Shown: positions 17,841 through 25,932, counted from the stretch's first letter. The stretch is DNA of 62,116 bases from Candidatus Peribacteria bacterium RIFCSPHIGHO2_01_FULL_55_13 (GCA_001788925.1 MFXS01000036.1:19223-81338), one strand, 5' to 3'. The notes: generated from the letters alone by a model not told the origin. Numbers and translations are program-made.

Positions 17841-18380
17841 TTACGGAGGGCTGCACGCAAGTGGAGTGGCTGATGGGTCGCCGGGGGGTATTGGGGAACC
17901 GTAGTAGCGAATGATGGGGCTTGCAAAACCCTGGAAGATAGTTTTTGGATGACAAAATTCCACATTACTCGCTCCGCGCTTATGTACGCTGAGAGGATTG
18001 CCCTTGGAATCTTTCCCTACAATAAGCGCACTATGTGTGTCATAACGCACATGCATATGAATGCCGATTGGAAATTGAAAATGATCCAATGCAGAATCAA
18101 GATCTACGTCGACGAGATTATGCGGAACCCAATCATAGAACCATTGTGGCTTTTGAAGTTGCTCTAACAGATACAGCACAAACCCGTGACAATTGTACGC
18201 ACGCATTACAAAATCTTTTTGTTCTGCATGCATGATAAAAAGCTCATACATACGCTGAGCTACTGATCCTGAAAGGTTGCCCAATCTCTTTTTCTTTTCC
18301 CGAAGTTCAAATTCTGGCTCAGTGCCGCCTTCCTGTGGAACAAGAGAATAATCAAGCAAAAGGACTTCTTCGGTAGCCAT
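17841..18380 (-). CDS. Hypothetical protein, possible Cys/His hydrolase
   Basis: 179-aa ORF in lower-GC DNA; the NCHGF ... HSALIVG spacing is reminiscent of papain-like/NlpC-P60 Cys-His pairs (weak). Confidence 0.5.
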   Translation of the reverse strand: MATEEVLLLDYSLVPQEGGTEPEFELREKKKRLGNLSGSVAQRMYELFIMHAEQKDFVMRAYNCHGFVLYLLEQLQKPQWFYDWVPHNLVDVDLDSALDHFQFPIGIHMHVRYDTHSALIVGKDSKGNPLSVHKRGASNVEFCHPKTIFQGFASPIIRYYGSPIPPGDPSATPLACSPP

Positions 18381-18467
18381 AGTACTATTATTAATATATT
18401 ATTGTTTCAGTCAAGTTCCCCAAAAGAAAAATCGAAGGTTTGCCCTCGACGATCCTTAAGAAAATTC

Positions 18468-18545
18468 TGGGGCGATCGATGGGATTTGAACCCACGACCC
18501 TCTGGACCACAACCAGATGCTCTAACCAACTGAGCTACGATCGCC
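18468..18545 (-). tRNA. tRNA-His (GTG) with encoded G-1 and CCA
   Basis: G-GCGATCG-TA-GCTC-AGTTGGTTA-GAGC-A-TCTGG-TTGTGGT-CCAGA-GGGTC-GTGGG-TTCAAAT-CCCAT-CGATCGC-C-CCA folds as a canonical cloverleaf; G-1 pairs with C73. Confidence 0.9.
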
Positions 18546-18621
18546 ATAGGAGAAGATGTTTTCCAATGAACAGAGTGCGAGCAGTGCCTTGTTAGATTAC
18601 GCCTCGCAAAGCGAGGCTGGG

Positions 18622-18641
18622 CCAACTGAGCTGCGATCGCC
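18622..18641 (-). pseudogene. Truncated duplicate of the tRNA-His 5' end (G-1 to D-loop)
   Basis: GGCGATCGCAGCTCAGTTGG then diverges. With 19 nt of upstream sequence, the 39-nt block 18622-18660 repeats 18526-18564 with 3 mismatches, offset 96 bp. Confidence 0.7.
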
Positions 18642-18796
18642 ATAGGAGAAGACATTTTCCGTAAAGAACGCCTGCCGATTGTAACGAATATTGGAACAGA
18701 GAGAAGGGCAATCGCAAAGGAAAGCATGTCTTCTTTCATGAGGATTCCCTCTCTGAAGAACGCATCTTAATATTTTTGGGTCGAACAATTTTAATA

Positions 18797-18818
18797 GCCC
18801 CCTCGCAAGCGAGGGGGC
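18797..18818 (-). terminator. Hairpin downstream of the ParB-like gene
   Basis: GCCCCCTCGCAAGCGAGGGGGC, perfect 10-bp stem; a related hairpin GCCTCGCAAAGCGAGGC is at 18601-18617. Confidence 0.5.
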
Positions 18819-18859
18819 ATTTAGGATAGACAAGTCTGTCGGTTGTGAACGTTTCTGTT

Positions 18860-19720
18860 TTACTCTTCGTCTTCGTCTTCTTTTGGCCAGGCGATTTCTG
18901 GCGCCGGCACTCGCTTTTTGTACTTCGAACGCAGTTCAGCGAATAGCATCTGGTACAATGCCATATTGTGCCCCGATTGTCGCATTCTGACGCGATTGCC
19001 TTCTGCGGTATGCAGAAGGTCCTGCATCGTGACGCCCTTCAACTTGGTTCGAAGCAACTCATCATCGATGGTCACTCCGAATGCCTTCCAGAATTCATAC
19101 ACACCCCGAAGCGCTTCACGACGTAGCGCTTCCGGTTGGTTTGGAAAAAGCTCCCCTATGTACTGGAGAACCTCCAGCACAGCGAGCTCCCCCGACTGGT
19201 TGTAAATCCGGGTCAGTTGATCTATTGCCGTAACGTACGGCCAATTTTTCAACTTACTCGTGAGTCCAACCTTGAACCCAGCCTCGCGAACCGCCTTGTC
19301 GATAGCCACCGCGTGTGGCTCCTTCGCAACGAGCGAGGCGCGGAAACAGTCCATTACCGTCACGTTCGCGCGAAACTCATTCACGAATCGGAACAGCCTT
19401 GCCTCTTCTTCTCTCGAGGCGAAGTAGTGGATGAGACAGGGAACGACTGTTTTCCCTGCGATCTTAGCGCCCTTTGTGCGCTGTTGCGCGTCGATGAGGT
19501 ACAATTTACCATCATCACGGAGGGCAACTCTTGCCACTCCATACGCTCGTGGGTTGAAATTTGCGCCGATCATCTCGGCGACCGCGTTTTCTTCACGCTG
19601 GTAAGACTTGTCAACCAACAAGTCCTCGACTGGGACCATCCCAAACCACATGTTGTCTTCTTGGCTGTCGCCGAAACCTTTCAGGTTCAGTGAGAGCCAA
19701 TCCCTATTTGGCTTTTGCAT
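18860..19720 (-). CDS. ParB/Srx-fold N-terminal domain protein of the DGQ(Q/H)R type (DUF262/DndB-like)
   Basis: VDKSYQRE ... LYLIDAQQRTKG motif pair; helical C-terminal half; acidic tail EDEDEE. Confidence 0.6.
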   Translation of the reverse strand: MQKPNRDWLSLNLKGFGDSQEDNMWFGMVPVEDLLVDKSYQREENAVAEMIGANFNPRAYGVARVALRDDGKLYLIDAQQRTKGAKIAGKTVVPCLIHYFASREEEARLFRFVNEFRANVTVMDCFRASLVAKEPHAVAIDKAVREAGFKVGLTSKLKNWPYVTAIDQLTRIYNQSGELAVLEVLQYIGELFPNQPEALRREALRGVYEFWKAFGVTIDDELLRTKLKGVTMQDLLHTAEGNRVRMRQSGHNMALYQMLFAELRSKYKKRVPAPEIAWPKEDEDEE

Positions 19721-19805
19721 AGAAATACCCTTGTTGTGAGAGACCAGATCTATCCTATTGACACTTTATGTATATAGATATCTTATAGTCAATTCATATG
19801 TCCGC

Positions 19806-21206
19806 TTATTCTTCCTCCCCCTCCTCTTCGTCCTCCACCTCGCCCCCCTCTTCGTCCTTCTCTTCGTGCTTTGAGAAGCCCACTGCTGGTATATCATTTC
19901 GATGGACTTCACCCAGAGAATCATAAGACTGCCTATCCTTTAGATGGCAAAGGGGTTGGCCCTTACGCACACGTCGCTCCAAGGCCGCCAGTTTAGCGTC
20001 ACTCCCTGGCATACCCATTGAAGCAGGATAATCTTCTGGATCTAAGGGTTTTGGTTGCCAATCGAATATCCCATGAGCAGTTGCTGTTACAATAGTATGA
20101 TGCTCAAACTCTTGAGAATACACATCTTTATCGCCCTCCAATCCACTCCCCATGGGCTGTGCCGGTATTGTTGTGCGGCCACCTTTCAATTCTGCTACTA
20201 AATCTAATAAATACGTATTATCTTCTCCATAGGGGAAGAGATCCGGAGCGATTTCATGATTACTCATTCCAGCGAAGCCTATATGCTCTGCACTTGCATA
20301 TTCATGTACTGATAGCTCCAGTGCATCCATCACTTTTTGTAATTGCGCCTGAGCATCTGGAGCATGCTCCATTCTTATGAGACGTCTATATAAAACCATA
20401 TGCCGTAAATGCTGTATTTGAAGTTCTAAGAAATCATCGTTTAGCTTTTCCTTCAATGCAGCTAATCCATTTGCTTCTTCTGTCAGTAGTACAAGGGCCT
20501 CCAGTTCATCGGCACCCAGTACACTAATGTCCTGTTCATGAAGGAGTGCCCAGATTGTGTTGTCTGAAAGTCCCAGACGATCATGAAACTGTTGTCCCAA
20601 ACTGTCTTGGTACGTGAGAAGAATGCGCACAATATCACTGATACATATTGCATCCGATTCGGATATTTCCTGTGCTTTTCTTCTTGCCCGCCCTTGTATC
20701 GTCATCTGACTGAATCGGTGATTGATCGTTTCTCTCGCACTTCTCGGAATTCTTTTTATTTCCATTTTACTAAAACCTACAGCAGATTTGTCTACCCCCT
20801 CTCTGCAATCTCCATTGGTACCAGTGTGTACATTCTTGATTGCAAGTGGAGGCGCTTCACTATCCAGCACGTTTGCATACGCTGTATGCAAACCATATTT
20901 TTGTAATTCCAAATCAAAAGCAACCTCTAATTCATCCGCTTTAAAGAACGTATTACCTGTTACTATCTCTGCGAGAAGATTTTCTCTGATCGTTTCGCAA
21001 ACCTCTCTCAAGTCCTCTACAGAAAGTGCAGATGCTTTCAATGATTTGAGTCTGCCGAATTCTCGCAGTTCCGCTAATGCCATCCCCACCAACGTGGATG
21101 CAGAAGGTTCCGTATCCGCTGCTGAAACTTTTTCGCTATCCACGGGTACAGATGTGCCTCCAGTTTCTGCCGTGCTTGTAAGGTGTTGTCGATTCATAGT
21201 TTTCAT
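19806..21206 (-). CDS. Island protein A, unknown function, paralog of 21253-23061
   Basis: Shared blocks with B: GNTFFKADELEVAFDLEL, GFSKMEIKRIP, ISDIVRILLTYQDSLGQQFHDRLGL, MVLYRRLIRMEHA, SNHEIAPDLF; acidic tail EEKDEEGGEVEDEEEGEEE. Confidence 0.65.
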   Translation of the reverse strand: MKTMNRQHLTSTAETGGTSVPVDSEKVSAADTEPSASTLVGMALAELREFGRLKSLKASALSVEDLREVCETIRENLLAEIVTGNTFFKADELEVAFDLELQKYGLHTAYANVLDSEAPPLAIKNVHTGTNGDCREGVDKSAVGFSKMEIKRIPRSARETINHRFSQMTIQGRARRKAQEISESDAICISDIVRILLTYQDSLGQQFHDRLGLSDNTIWALLHEQDISVLGADELEALVLLTEEANGLAALKEKLNDDFLELQIQHLRHMVLYRRLIRMEHAPDAQAQLQKVMDALELSVHEYASAEHIGFAGMSNHEIAPDLFPYGEDNTYLLDLVAELKGGRTTIPAQPMGSGLEGDKDVYSQEFEHHTIVTATAHGIFDWQPKPLDPEDYPASMGMPGSDAKLAALERRVRKGQPLCHLKDRQSYDSLGEVHRNDIPAVGFSKHEEKDEEGGEVEDEEEGEEE

Positions 21207-21252
21207 CTATTGTACGTCGCTAAAATCAAAAAAGAGACTCTGCCACTTGTAC

Positions 21253-23061
21253 CTAGGCACCCTTAGCTCCCCTTCGCTGGCTTTTCGGTTTCTTTGACCG
21301 TTCTTTCAAGAGTTTCAGTTCTTCTAGTATCTCCGCAAGATCCTCATCTGCACCATCATCTTCTTGCTCAAATAAGTCCGGTGCCAGATGGTGATTGCTC
21401 AATCCAAGGAATACCTTCCATTCTTTTGCTGCTAAAGCACTATCTTCCATACCTAAAACCTCCAGGATTTTTTCCAATTTCTCTTCATGGTCATGCGCAT
21501 GTTCCAGTCGTAGTAAGCGACGATACAGTACCATCCGTGGCGTACTGTCTCTCCTCATCTGCTCTGGCTCCTCGTCGCCATTTTTTGCTGACTCAATAGC
21601 TGCAAGTTCGCCTGCAAGTTTAGGCATTGCGTCTGCTTCAGCCTGCGTGAGGAGACTATAGTCATGATCCTGTATCACTTTCCATACGAGCCCGTCTGGC
21701 ATCCCCAAGCGTTCACGAAATTGGCTCCCCAGAGTGTCTTGATGTGTAAGAACAATGCGAGCGATATCACAGAGCACTGCTGCATCAGGTTCTGTAAAAC
21801 TCTGAAATACTCTCAACGCAGCCCCTTCAACAGACAATTTATGAAACAAATCGTTGAGTCGTGCCCTGTCCTCGCACGGTATTCGAGCGATCTCCGCTTT
21901 CGTAAAGCCTTTTGTGGATGCGTCTTTTTGTGTGTCTTCTTCCTCAGTCTTCTTTGTTATATTTCTTGCACTTAAGGTCGTCTCACGTGCTTTTATGCAC
22001 TTTTTATAGCGAGAACCCAACTTGTACTCCGTAATCCTGATTTCAAATGCAACGTCAAATTCGCTTGCATCAAACACCGTGTTGCCACTTGCTATCTCTG
22101 CATGTACTTCGTCTTCGATACAAGCAAACACCAGTGACCATGCATTCGCATTGTCACTCTGTGCATGCTGTAACAAAATCTTTCCTGTTGTTTTAAGCTC
22201 ATGCAGCGCTCTCGCTGCAAAATCATAGTTTTCTCTCGCATTTCTCTCAGAGCGAAAGGCCTGGTAGGGAACACACGTTGGAAGTTTTTGCCTGACCTTG
22301 TGCTCCTCTCCGGCAGGAGCGACCCGATCGACCGCTGCAAAAATGCTCATCATTCTATCCGGGTCTCGTAATGCCTTCCTCCACGAGACGCCATCGATGA
22401 TATCATTGTCACCATCGGGAGAATCCTCATACACCGCTGGCTCATACGGTCGTGAAACACGGGTAGACTTTTCTATAGCAGGATCGCTCGCTCGCCCATT
22501 TCCAGAAACTTGATGTTGCTCAGGCGCTTGCCGGGGTCGTTGTTTCGCGGCAGCAGACTGCTTCGCATGCGCACGGTTGTTTTTTGCCGGCTTGAGATCC
22601 TCCGCTGCTGCACCTTCGGGAATTCTCCCGGCAATAATCTGCATCAGATGAGTGATAGTTTCATTGACCGCTTTTTTGCAAAGATCGTGTACTCGAACAT
22701 TCATCATCTTACTTTTCTTCGCTGTCCCACCATCTCTTGCCTCAGCCAGTACTGTTCGTACTCTTTTACCAAAACGTCTCGCATCCCCGATCGTTTCAAT
22801 GCCTGGACCTGTTGTCGTTGCATCAGAAATCCCTAAAGTCTTTTCAAGATTCTGTCTTAAAAGCCCCATCTTCCCCCTGCTCGGTTGCAACTCTTTTGCA
22901 CCAGCCGAGTGTGGTGGAAATAATTCGCCTAAGACCCCCACAATAGCATCATAGTGCTGATAGAGCAGTTCAGACAGAACCTCCAAAGGAATGGGCTCTG
23001 TAAGCTTCACATTATTTCGTAAGCCAGGAAAACATTCTTCAGTTACAAATATTTTTCCCAT
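21253..23061 (-). CDS. Island protein B, unknown function, paralog of 19806-21206 with about 300 aa of N-terminal extension
   Basis: GNTVFDASEFDVAFEIRI, GFTKAEIARIP, CDIARIVLTHQDTLGSQFRERLGM, MVLYRRLLRLEHA, SNHHLAPDLF. Confidence 0.65.
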   Translation of the reverse strand: MGKIFVTEECFPGLRNNVKLTEPIPLEVLSELLYQHYDAIVGVLGELFPPHSAGAKELQPSRGKMGLLRQNLEKTLGISDATTTGPGIETIGDARRFGKRVRTVLAEARDGGTAKKSKMMNVRVHDLCKKAVNETITHLMQIIAGRIPEGAAAEDLKPAKNNRAHAKQSAAAKQRPRQAPEQHQVSGNGRASDPAIEKSTRVSRPYEPAVYEDSPDGDNDIIDGVSWRKALRDPDRMMSIFAAVDRVAPAGEEHKVRQKLPTCVPYQAFRSERNARENYDFAARALHELKTTGKILLQHAQSDNANAWSLVFACIEDEVHAEIASGNTVFDASEFDVAFEIRITEYKLGSRYKKCIKARETTLSARNITKKTEEEDTQKDASTKGFTKAEIARIPCEDRARLNDLFHKLSVEGAALRVFQSFTEPDAAVLCDIARIVLTHQDTLGSQFRERLGMPDGLVWKVIQDHDYSLLTQAEADAMPKLAGELAAIESAKNGDEEPEQMRRDSTPRMVLYRRLLRLEHAHDHEEKLEKILEVLGMEDSALAAKEWKVFLGLSNHHLAPDLFEQEDDGADEDLAEILEELKLLKERSKKPKSQRRGAKGA

Positions 23062-23136
23062 TTTTCATAATTAGACAATAAAATACAAAATAGAGTAGTG
23101 CGATAGAGTACTATCGCAGAAAGCGGTTATCAAACG

Positions 23137-23187
23137 CTTCTCTCATGAAATAGTCGCTGCAGGTAAACCTACAGCGACTGAGAGAAG
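23137..23187 (-). ncRNA. Long bulged hairpin directly abutting the 3' end of tRNA-like element 1
   Basis: CTTCTCTCA-tgaaat-AGTCGCTGCAGG-taaa-CCTACAGCGACT-GAGAGAAG (plus-strand reading); a further hairpin TGCGATAG-AGTA-CTATCGCA is at 23099-23118. Confidence 0.5.
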
Positions 23188-23258
23188 TGGACTCGACGGG
23201 AATCGGACCCGCACCCAAGACCTTGCGAGCCTTGATGCTACCGTTACACTACGAGCCC
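23188..23258 (-). ncRNA. tRNA-like element 1: full cloverleaf, GCA at the anticodon position, G3.U70, non-canonical C33 and C55, no CCA
   Basis: GGGCTCG-TA-GTGT-AACGGTA-GCAT-C-AAGGC-TCGCAAG-GTCTT-GGGT-GCGGG-TCCGATT-CCCGT-CGAGTCC-A; coordinates +/-1 nt. Confidence 0.55.
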
Positions 23259-23341
23259 ATTTCATGGCAAAATTCTACAAACAAGTCCTATTCCCTTTCA
23301 AGAAAATAGTGGCTTAAATTGTCCACAATGACGAACGGAAG

Positions 23342-23414
23342 CGGACCCGACGGGGATCAATCCCGTACACATGGGCTGATGACTCCTCGTGCTCCTTGAA
23401 AGCACTACGGTCCC
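23342..23414 (-). ncRNA. tRNA-like element 2: degenerate cloverleaf with poor anticodon stem, G3.U70, T-loop ATTGATC
   Basis: GGGACCG-TA-GTGC-TTTCAAGGA-GCAC-G-AGGAG-TCATCAG-CCCAT-GTGT-ACGGG-ATTGATC-CCCGT-CGGGTCC-G; shares 5' (GGGnnCGTAGTG) and 3' (CGGG..GAT.CCCGTCGnGTCC) blocks with element 1. Confidence 0.45.
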
Positions 23415-23458
23415 TGTTTTGAGTTCCTGCGACGAAATATTGACGCACTACATTTTTT

Positions 23459-24241
23459 ATGTACTATTATTACATGAACGACCGAATAGACAGGATCCGA
23501 GCGGCAGAAAAAGCAGATCCTCTGTACGGAAGATCTGCAGCAAGAGAGATTGTTGAAGGTGGCGAGAGGACTCGAAATGTGAGAATGAGAATAAAGAGAT
23601 TGGTGGAATCTGGAGATTACTCACTTGAAAAAATTGCTCAAAAAATACGACCAGATTTAGAAAAACTGGGACTGATTACTCTAACTGCGGAAAATGATCC
23701 TTCCACCTCTGACACTGTTGACACTCCCCCCTCTGACGCAGACGCAATAGAGGATGGTGAAGCGGAAGAAAAAGAAACGGTGGCACGTAAAGAAAAACCT
23801 GATCCTGTCATTCGTTCGATTAAAGATCTCATTCGAAGAGTCGCCGATGTGGTATGCAACCCTGAAAAAAGAAAAAAAGCTTCTACAAAACTACGCAGGG
23901 ATAGCGTACAAAAGCACGCTGATACTATTCGTAAAGCAAGGAATAAGAAATTGGAAGAAAATGGAATGTTTGTCTGGACAGAGGAACACGTTACCTATTT
24001 TAGAAAGCTGCTAAATGATGAGAAGTATTTCCGTCCAATATCGAAGAGAACAAAAACGAGGAGATACAATCACACAGCGTTATGTTGGGCTATGAATAGA
24101 AAATTCAACACTGTGCGATTTGACGAAGATGCTACACGCAATAAATTAGACGTTCTCAATACTCAAGCAAGAAAAGAGGATCGAAAGAGGCGGAGTGAGA
24201 ATAAAGAGGAGGAGATTGGGGAGGAAGAGAAAGAGAGTTAA
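23459..24241 (+). CDS. Island protein C, unknown function, paralog of 24272-25054
   Basis: C-terminal block WTEEHVTYFRKLLN...YNHTALCWAMNRKFNTVRFDEDATRNKL is shared with D; acidic/basic tail. Confidence 0.6.
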   Translation: MYYYYMNDRIDRIRAAEKADPLYGRSAAREIVEGGERTRNVRMRIKRLVESGDYSLEKIAQKIRPDLEKLGLITLTAENDPSTSDTVDTPPSDADAIEDGEAEEKETVARKEKPDPVIRSIKDLIRRVADVVCNPEKRKKASTKLRRDSVQKHADTIRKARNKKLEENGMFVWTEEHVTYFRKLLNDEKYFRPISKRTKTRRYNHTALCWAMNRKFNTVRFDEDATRNKLDVLNTQARKEDRKRRSENKEEEIGEEEKES

Positions 24242-24271
24242 TATTTTTGTAGAATTTCAGTCCGTATCTCT

Positions 24272-25054
24272 ATGAACAATACGTTGGTGGACCGAGATGA
24301 GGCTCCGGTTCGTCCCAAAATCACCGATGAAGTTCGTGAAAGATTGAGAGCGCAAACCTCCAAGTCGCAAAAAGCAATGATGATTGCTGTCTATGATTTA
24401 GCAAAACCGCCTGACAGTTTAGATTTGGAAGGAGATAGTGCTGTGAGTATCCGAGATGCAGCTGAGTTGTATGATGTAAATCATGTGACAGTGTATAAGG
24501 CTTTTTGGATTCTTTCGAAAAGTAGAGAGCTGACAGAAGCTGTATTACGTGGAGAGCTGACGGTTGGAAAAGCTGAAGCTCAGTTGAAAGCAACTTCATC
24601 AAAGCCAGGATCAGATACGGAAGGTATTCCTCTTTCAACAGAAGTTGCAGGTGTTGCGCAGCGTATTGCAGATCTCGTTATGACAAAAGAGGGAGAGTCT
24701 GTCCTCGCAGAAGTGAATCACCTTCTCCATCAAGCATTGCACAAGCTTGAACGTGGTGATCCATCGAACTCTGATTTTATGGATGACGATGAGAGGACAT
24801 TATGGAAGCCAGAGCAGGTTGAATATTTTAAAAAGTTGCTAAATCGTAGGGATGGTAGGTATTTAAGAAAACAGTTAAAAAGCACTAAAAGAAAGGCAGA
24901 TTCCATTCAGCAATATAATCACATAGCGTTATCTTGGGCTATGAATAATAAATTCAAAACTTTGCGATTTGACGAAGATGCTACACGAAGAAAATTGAAT
25001 AGAATGCGTACACAGGAAAGAGTAGAGCGATTAAGAAGCGCAGAAGTGGAATGA
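24272..25054 (+). CDS. Island protein D, ParB/KorB-type HTH-like N-region plus the C/D shared C-terminal block
   Basis: SIRDAAELYDVNHVTVYKAFWILSKSRELTEAVLRGELTVGKAEAQL resembles the ParB HTH segment; WKPEQVEYFKKLLN...YNHIALSWAMNNKFKTLRFDEDATRRKL. Confidence 0.6.
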   Translation: MNNTLVDRDEAPVRPKITDEVRERLRAQTSKSQKAMMIAVYDLAKPPDSLDLEGDSAVSIRDAAELYDVNHVTVYKAFWILSKSRELTEAVLRGELTVGKAEAQLKATSSKPGSDTEGIPLSTEVAGVAQRIADLVMTKEGESVLAEVNHLLHQALHKLERGDPSNSDFMDDDERTLWKPEQVEYFKKLLNRRDGRYLRKQLKSTKRKADSIQQYNHIALSWAMNNKFKTLRFDEDATRRKLNRMRTQERVERLRSAEVE

Positions 25055-25071
25055 TGGTTAGATGCGTCTCT

Positions 25072-25788
25072 TTATCGTGATTTCCTCCGATGGTGATACA
25101 CCTCCCCTAGGTGCCCCCGTGTATTCCATCCGATCTTTCGCATGTTCGTCAGCGGATCGTCCGCATGGGAGCGCTCTGTGCTGCGATTTTTTCTGCTGCG
25201 CATGTTTGCTGTCTTCCTGGAAGGATTCTCTGCGGAAGCCGATGAAGATTGCGCGTCGCGCTGCTCTTCGTATGTTCCTACTCGCTCGGCTCGCTCTTTG
25301 CTTTTGCGAACCTCTCTCACGCGCTCCGACACTCTCGTCTTGAGCCTGCCTCCTGTTCCCTTCACGGTTTTTCGGATCGTGATGACCGCTTCCTTCGCCC
25401 GTTCGCGGACCGCCCGCGACGGTCGTGAATTCCAGGCACTCGAGAATGCTTCGCGGATGTTCCGGAATGCTTTTTGGAGTCTTCGTTCCTCCCCCTCCTT
25501 CCCTTCCTGCCTCTCATCCTTTTCCGCACGCTCACGGGTCAGCAGCCACTTGAGGCCGAGATACGCACCGTAGGCCAGGAAGAGCACAACGATGATGCCG
25601 AGTAATATCGGCAGAAAAAGCACAACGCCGATGATGAGAAGAATGATGACCGGGATCATCAGAAGCGCCCCAAGCAGCGCCGTATTCATCTCACCTTTTC
25701 CGTCCTCTCCCCCGGGATCCGTAAAGAGAATCCACACCGCAAAAATGCCTCCGGCGATGAGTGCAGCAGTGGTGAGGATTTGCTCCAT
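25072..25788 (-). CDS. Hypothetical membrane protein with charged C-terminal tail
   Basis: Three predicted TM helices in the first 90 aa, then Arg/Lys/Glu-rich sequence; GC back to the flank level. Confidence 0.55.
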   Translation of the reverse strand: MEQILTTAALIAGGIFAVWILFTDPGGEDGKGEMNTALLGALLMIPVIILLIIGVVLFLPILLGIIVVLFLAYGAYLGLKWLLTRERAEKDERQEGKEGEERRLQKAFRNIREAFSSAWNSRPSRAVRERAKEAVITIRKTVKGTGGRLKTRVSERVREVRKSKERAERVGTYEEQRDAQSSSASAENPSRKTANMRSRKNRSTERSHADDPLTNMRKIGWNTRGHLGEVYHHRRKSR

Positions 25789-25857
25789 AATGGCTTATTA
25801 TACCTTATAAATGGCTTTTTCTCTACCTGTGAGAGTATTGCGTTTATAAGAAATCCC

Positions 25858-25908
25858 AAGGGCGCAAGGGCCAAGGGCCAACATCATGTGCCCTTGGCCC
25901 TTGGCCCT
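25858..25908. repeat. Heptad/octad-word hairpin family 5 (AAGGGCC/AAGGGCGC words)
   Basis: AAGGGCGCAAGGGCCAAGGGCCA-acatcatgt-GCCCTTGGCCCTTGGCCCTT; divergent spacer immediately upstream of hisS. Confidence 0.8.
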
Positions 25909-25932
25909 TTCACTGGTAGGATTTTTTCTTGT

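Noticed and set aside
18526-18660. The tRNA-His partial copy as an attL/attR pair marking integration of the island.
   Set aside because: The duplicated part is the 5' end of the tRNA plus upstream DNA. The two copies are only 96 bp apart on the same side of the island. No matching copy was seen near 25.06 kb, and no integrase is present.
23188-23414. tmRNA tRNA-like domain, or a two-piece tmRNA, suggested by G3.U70 in both elements.
   Set aside because: Both elements have D arms and anticodon-type arms, no CCA end, no plausible tag reading frame or pseudoknots nearby, and none of the usual tmRNA 5'/3' consensus.
25021-25074. A degenerate split REP (GTAGAGCGA ... GATGCGTCTCTTTA) at the right edge of the island as a boundary marker.
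   Set aside because: The arms are short and mismatched, and are separated by about 30 nt spanning a stop codon. This is too weak to call.
25780-25932. N-terminal extensions in the ORF track that run through repeats: hisS from 25780, gyrB to 29591, pilin from 11222, ATPase 2 from 38846, PLD to 39105 and the four-helix-bundle gene from 757.
   Set aside because: The extensions translate hairpin words (for example MTNDQ-type or PRNR-type strings), overlap neighbouring genes or promoters, and precede internal Met codons that align with the conserved N-termini.
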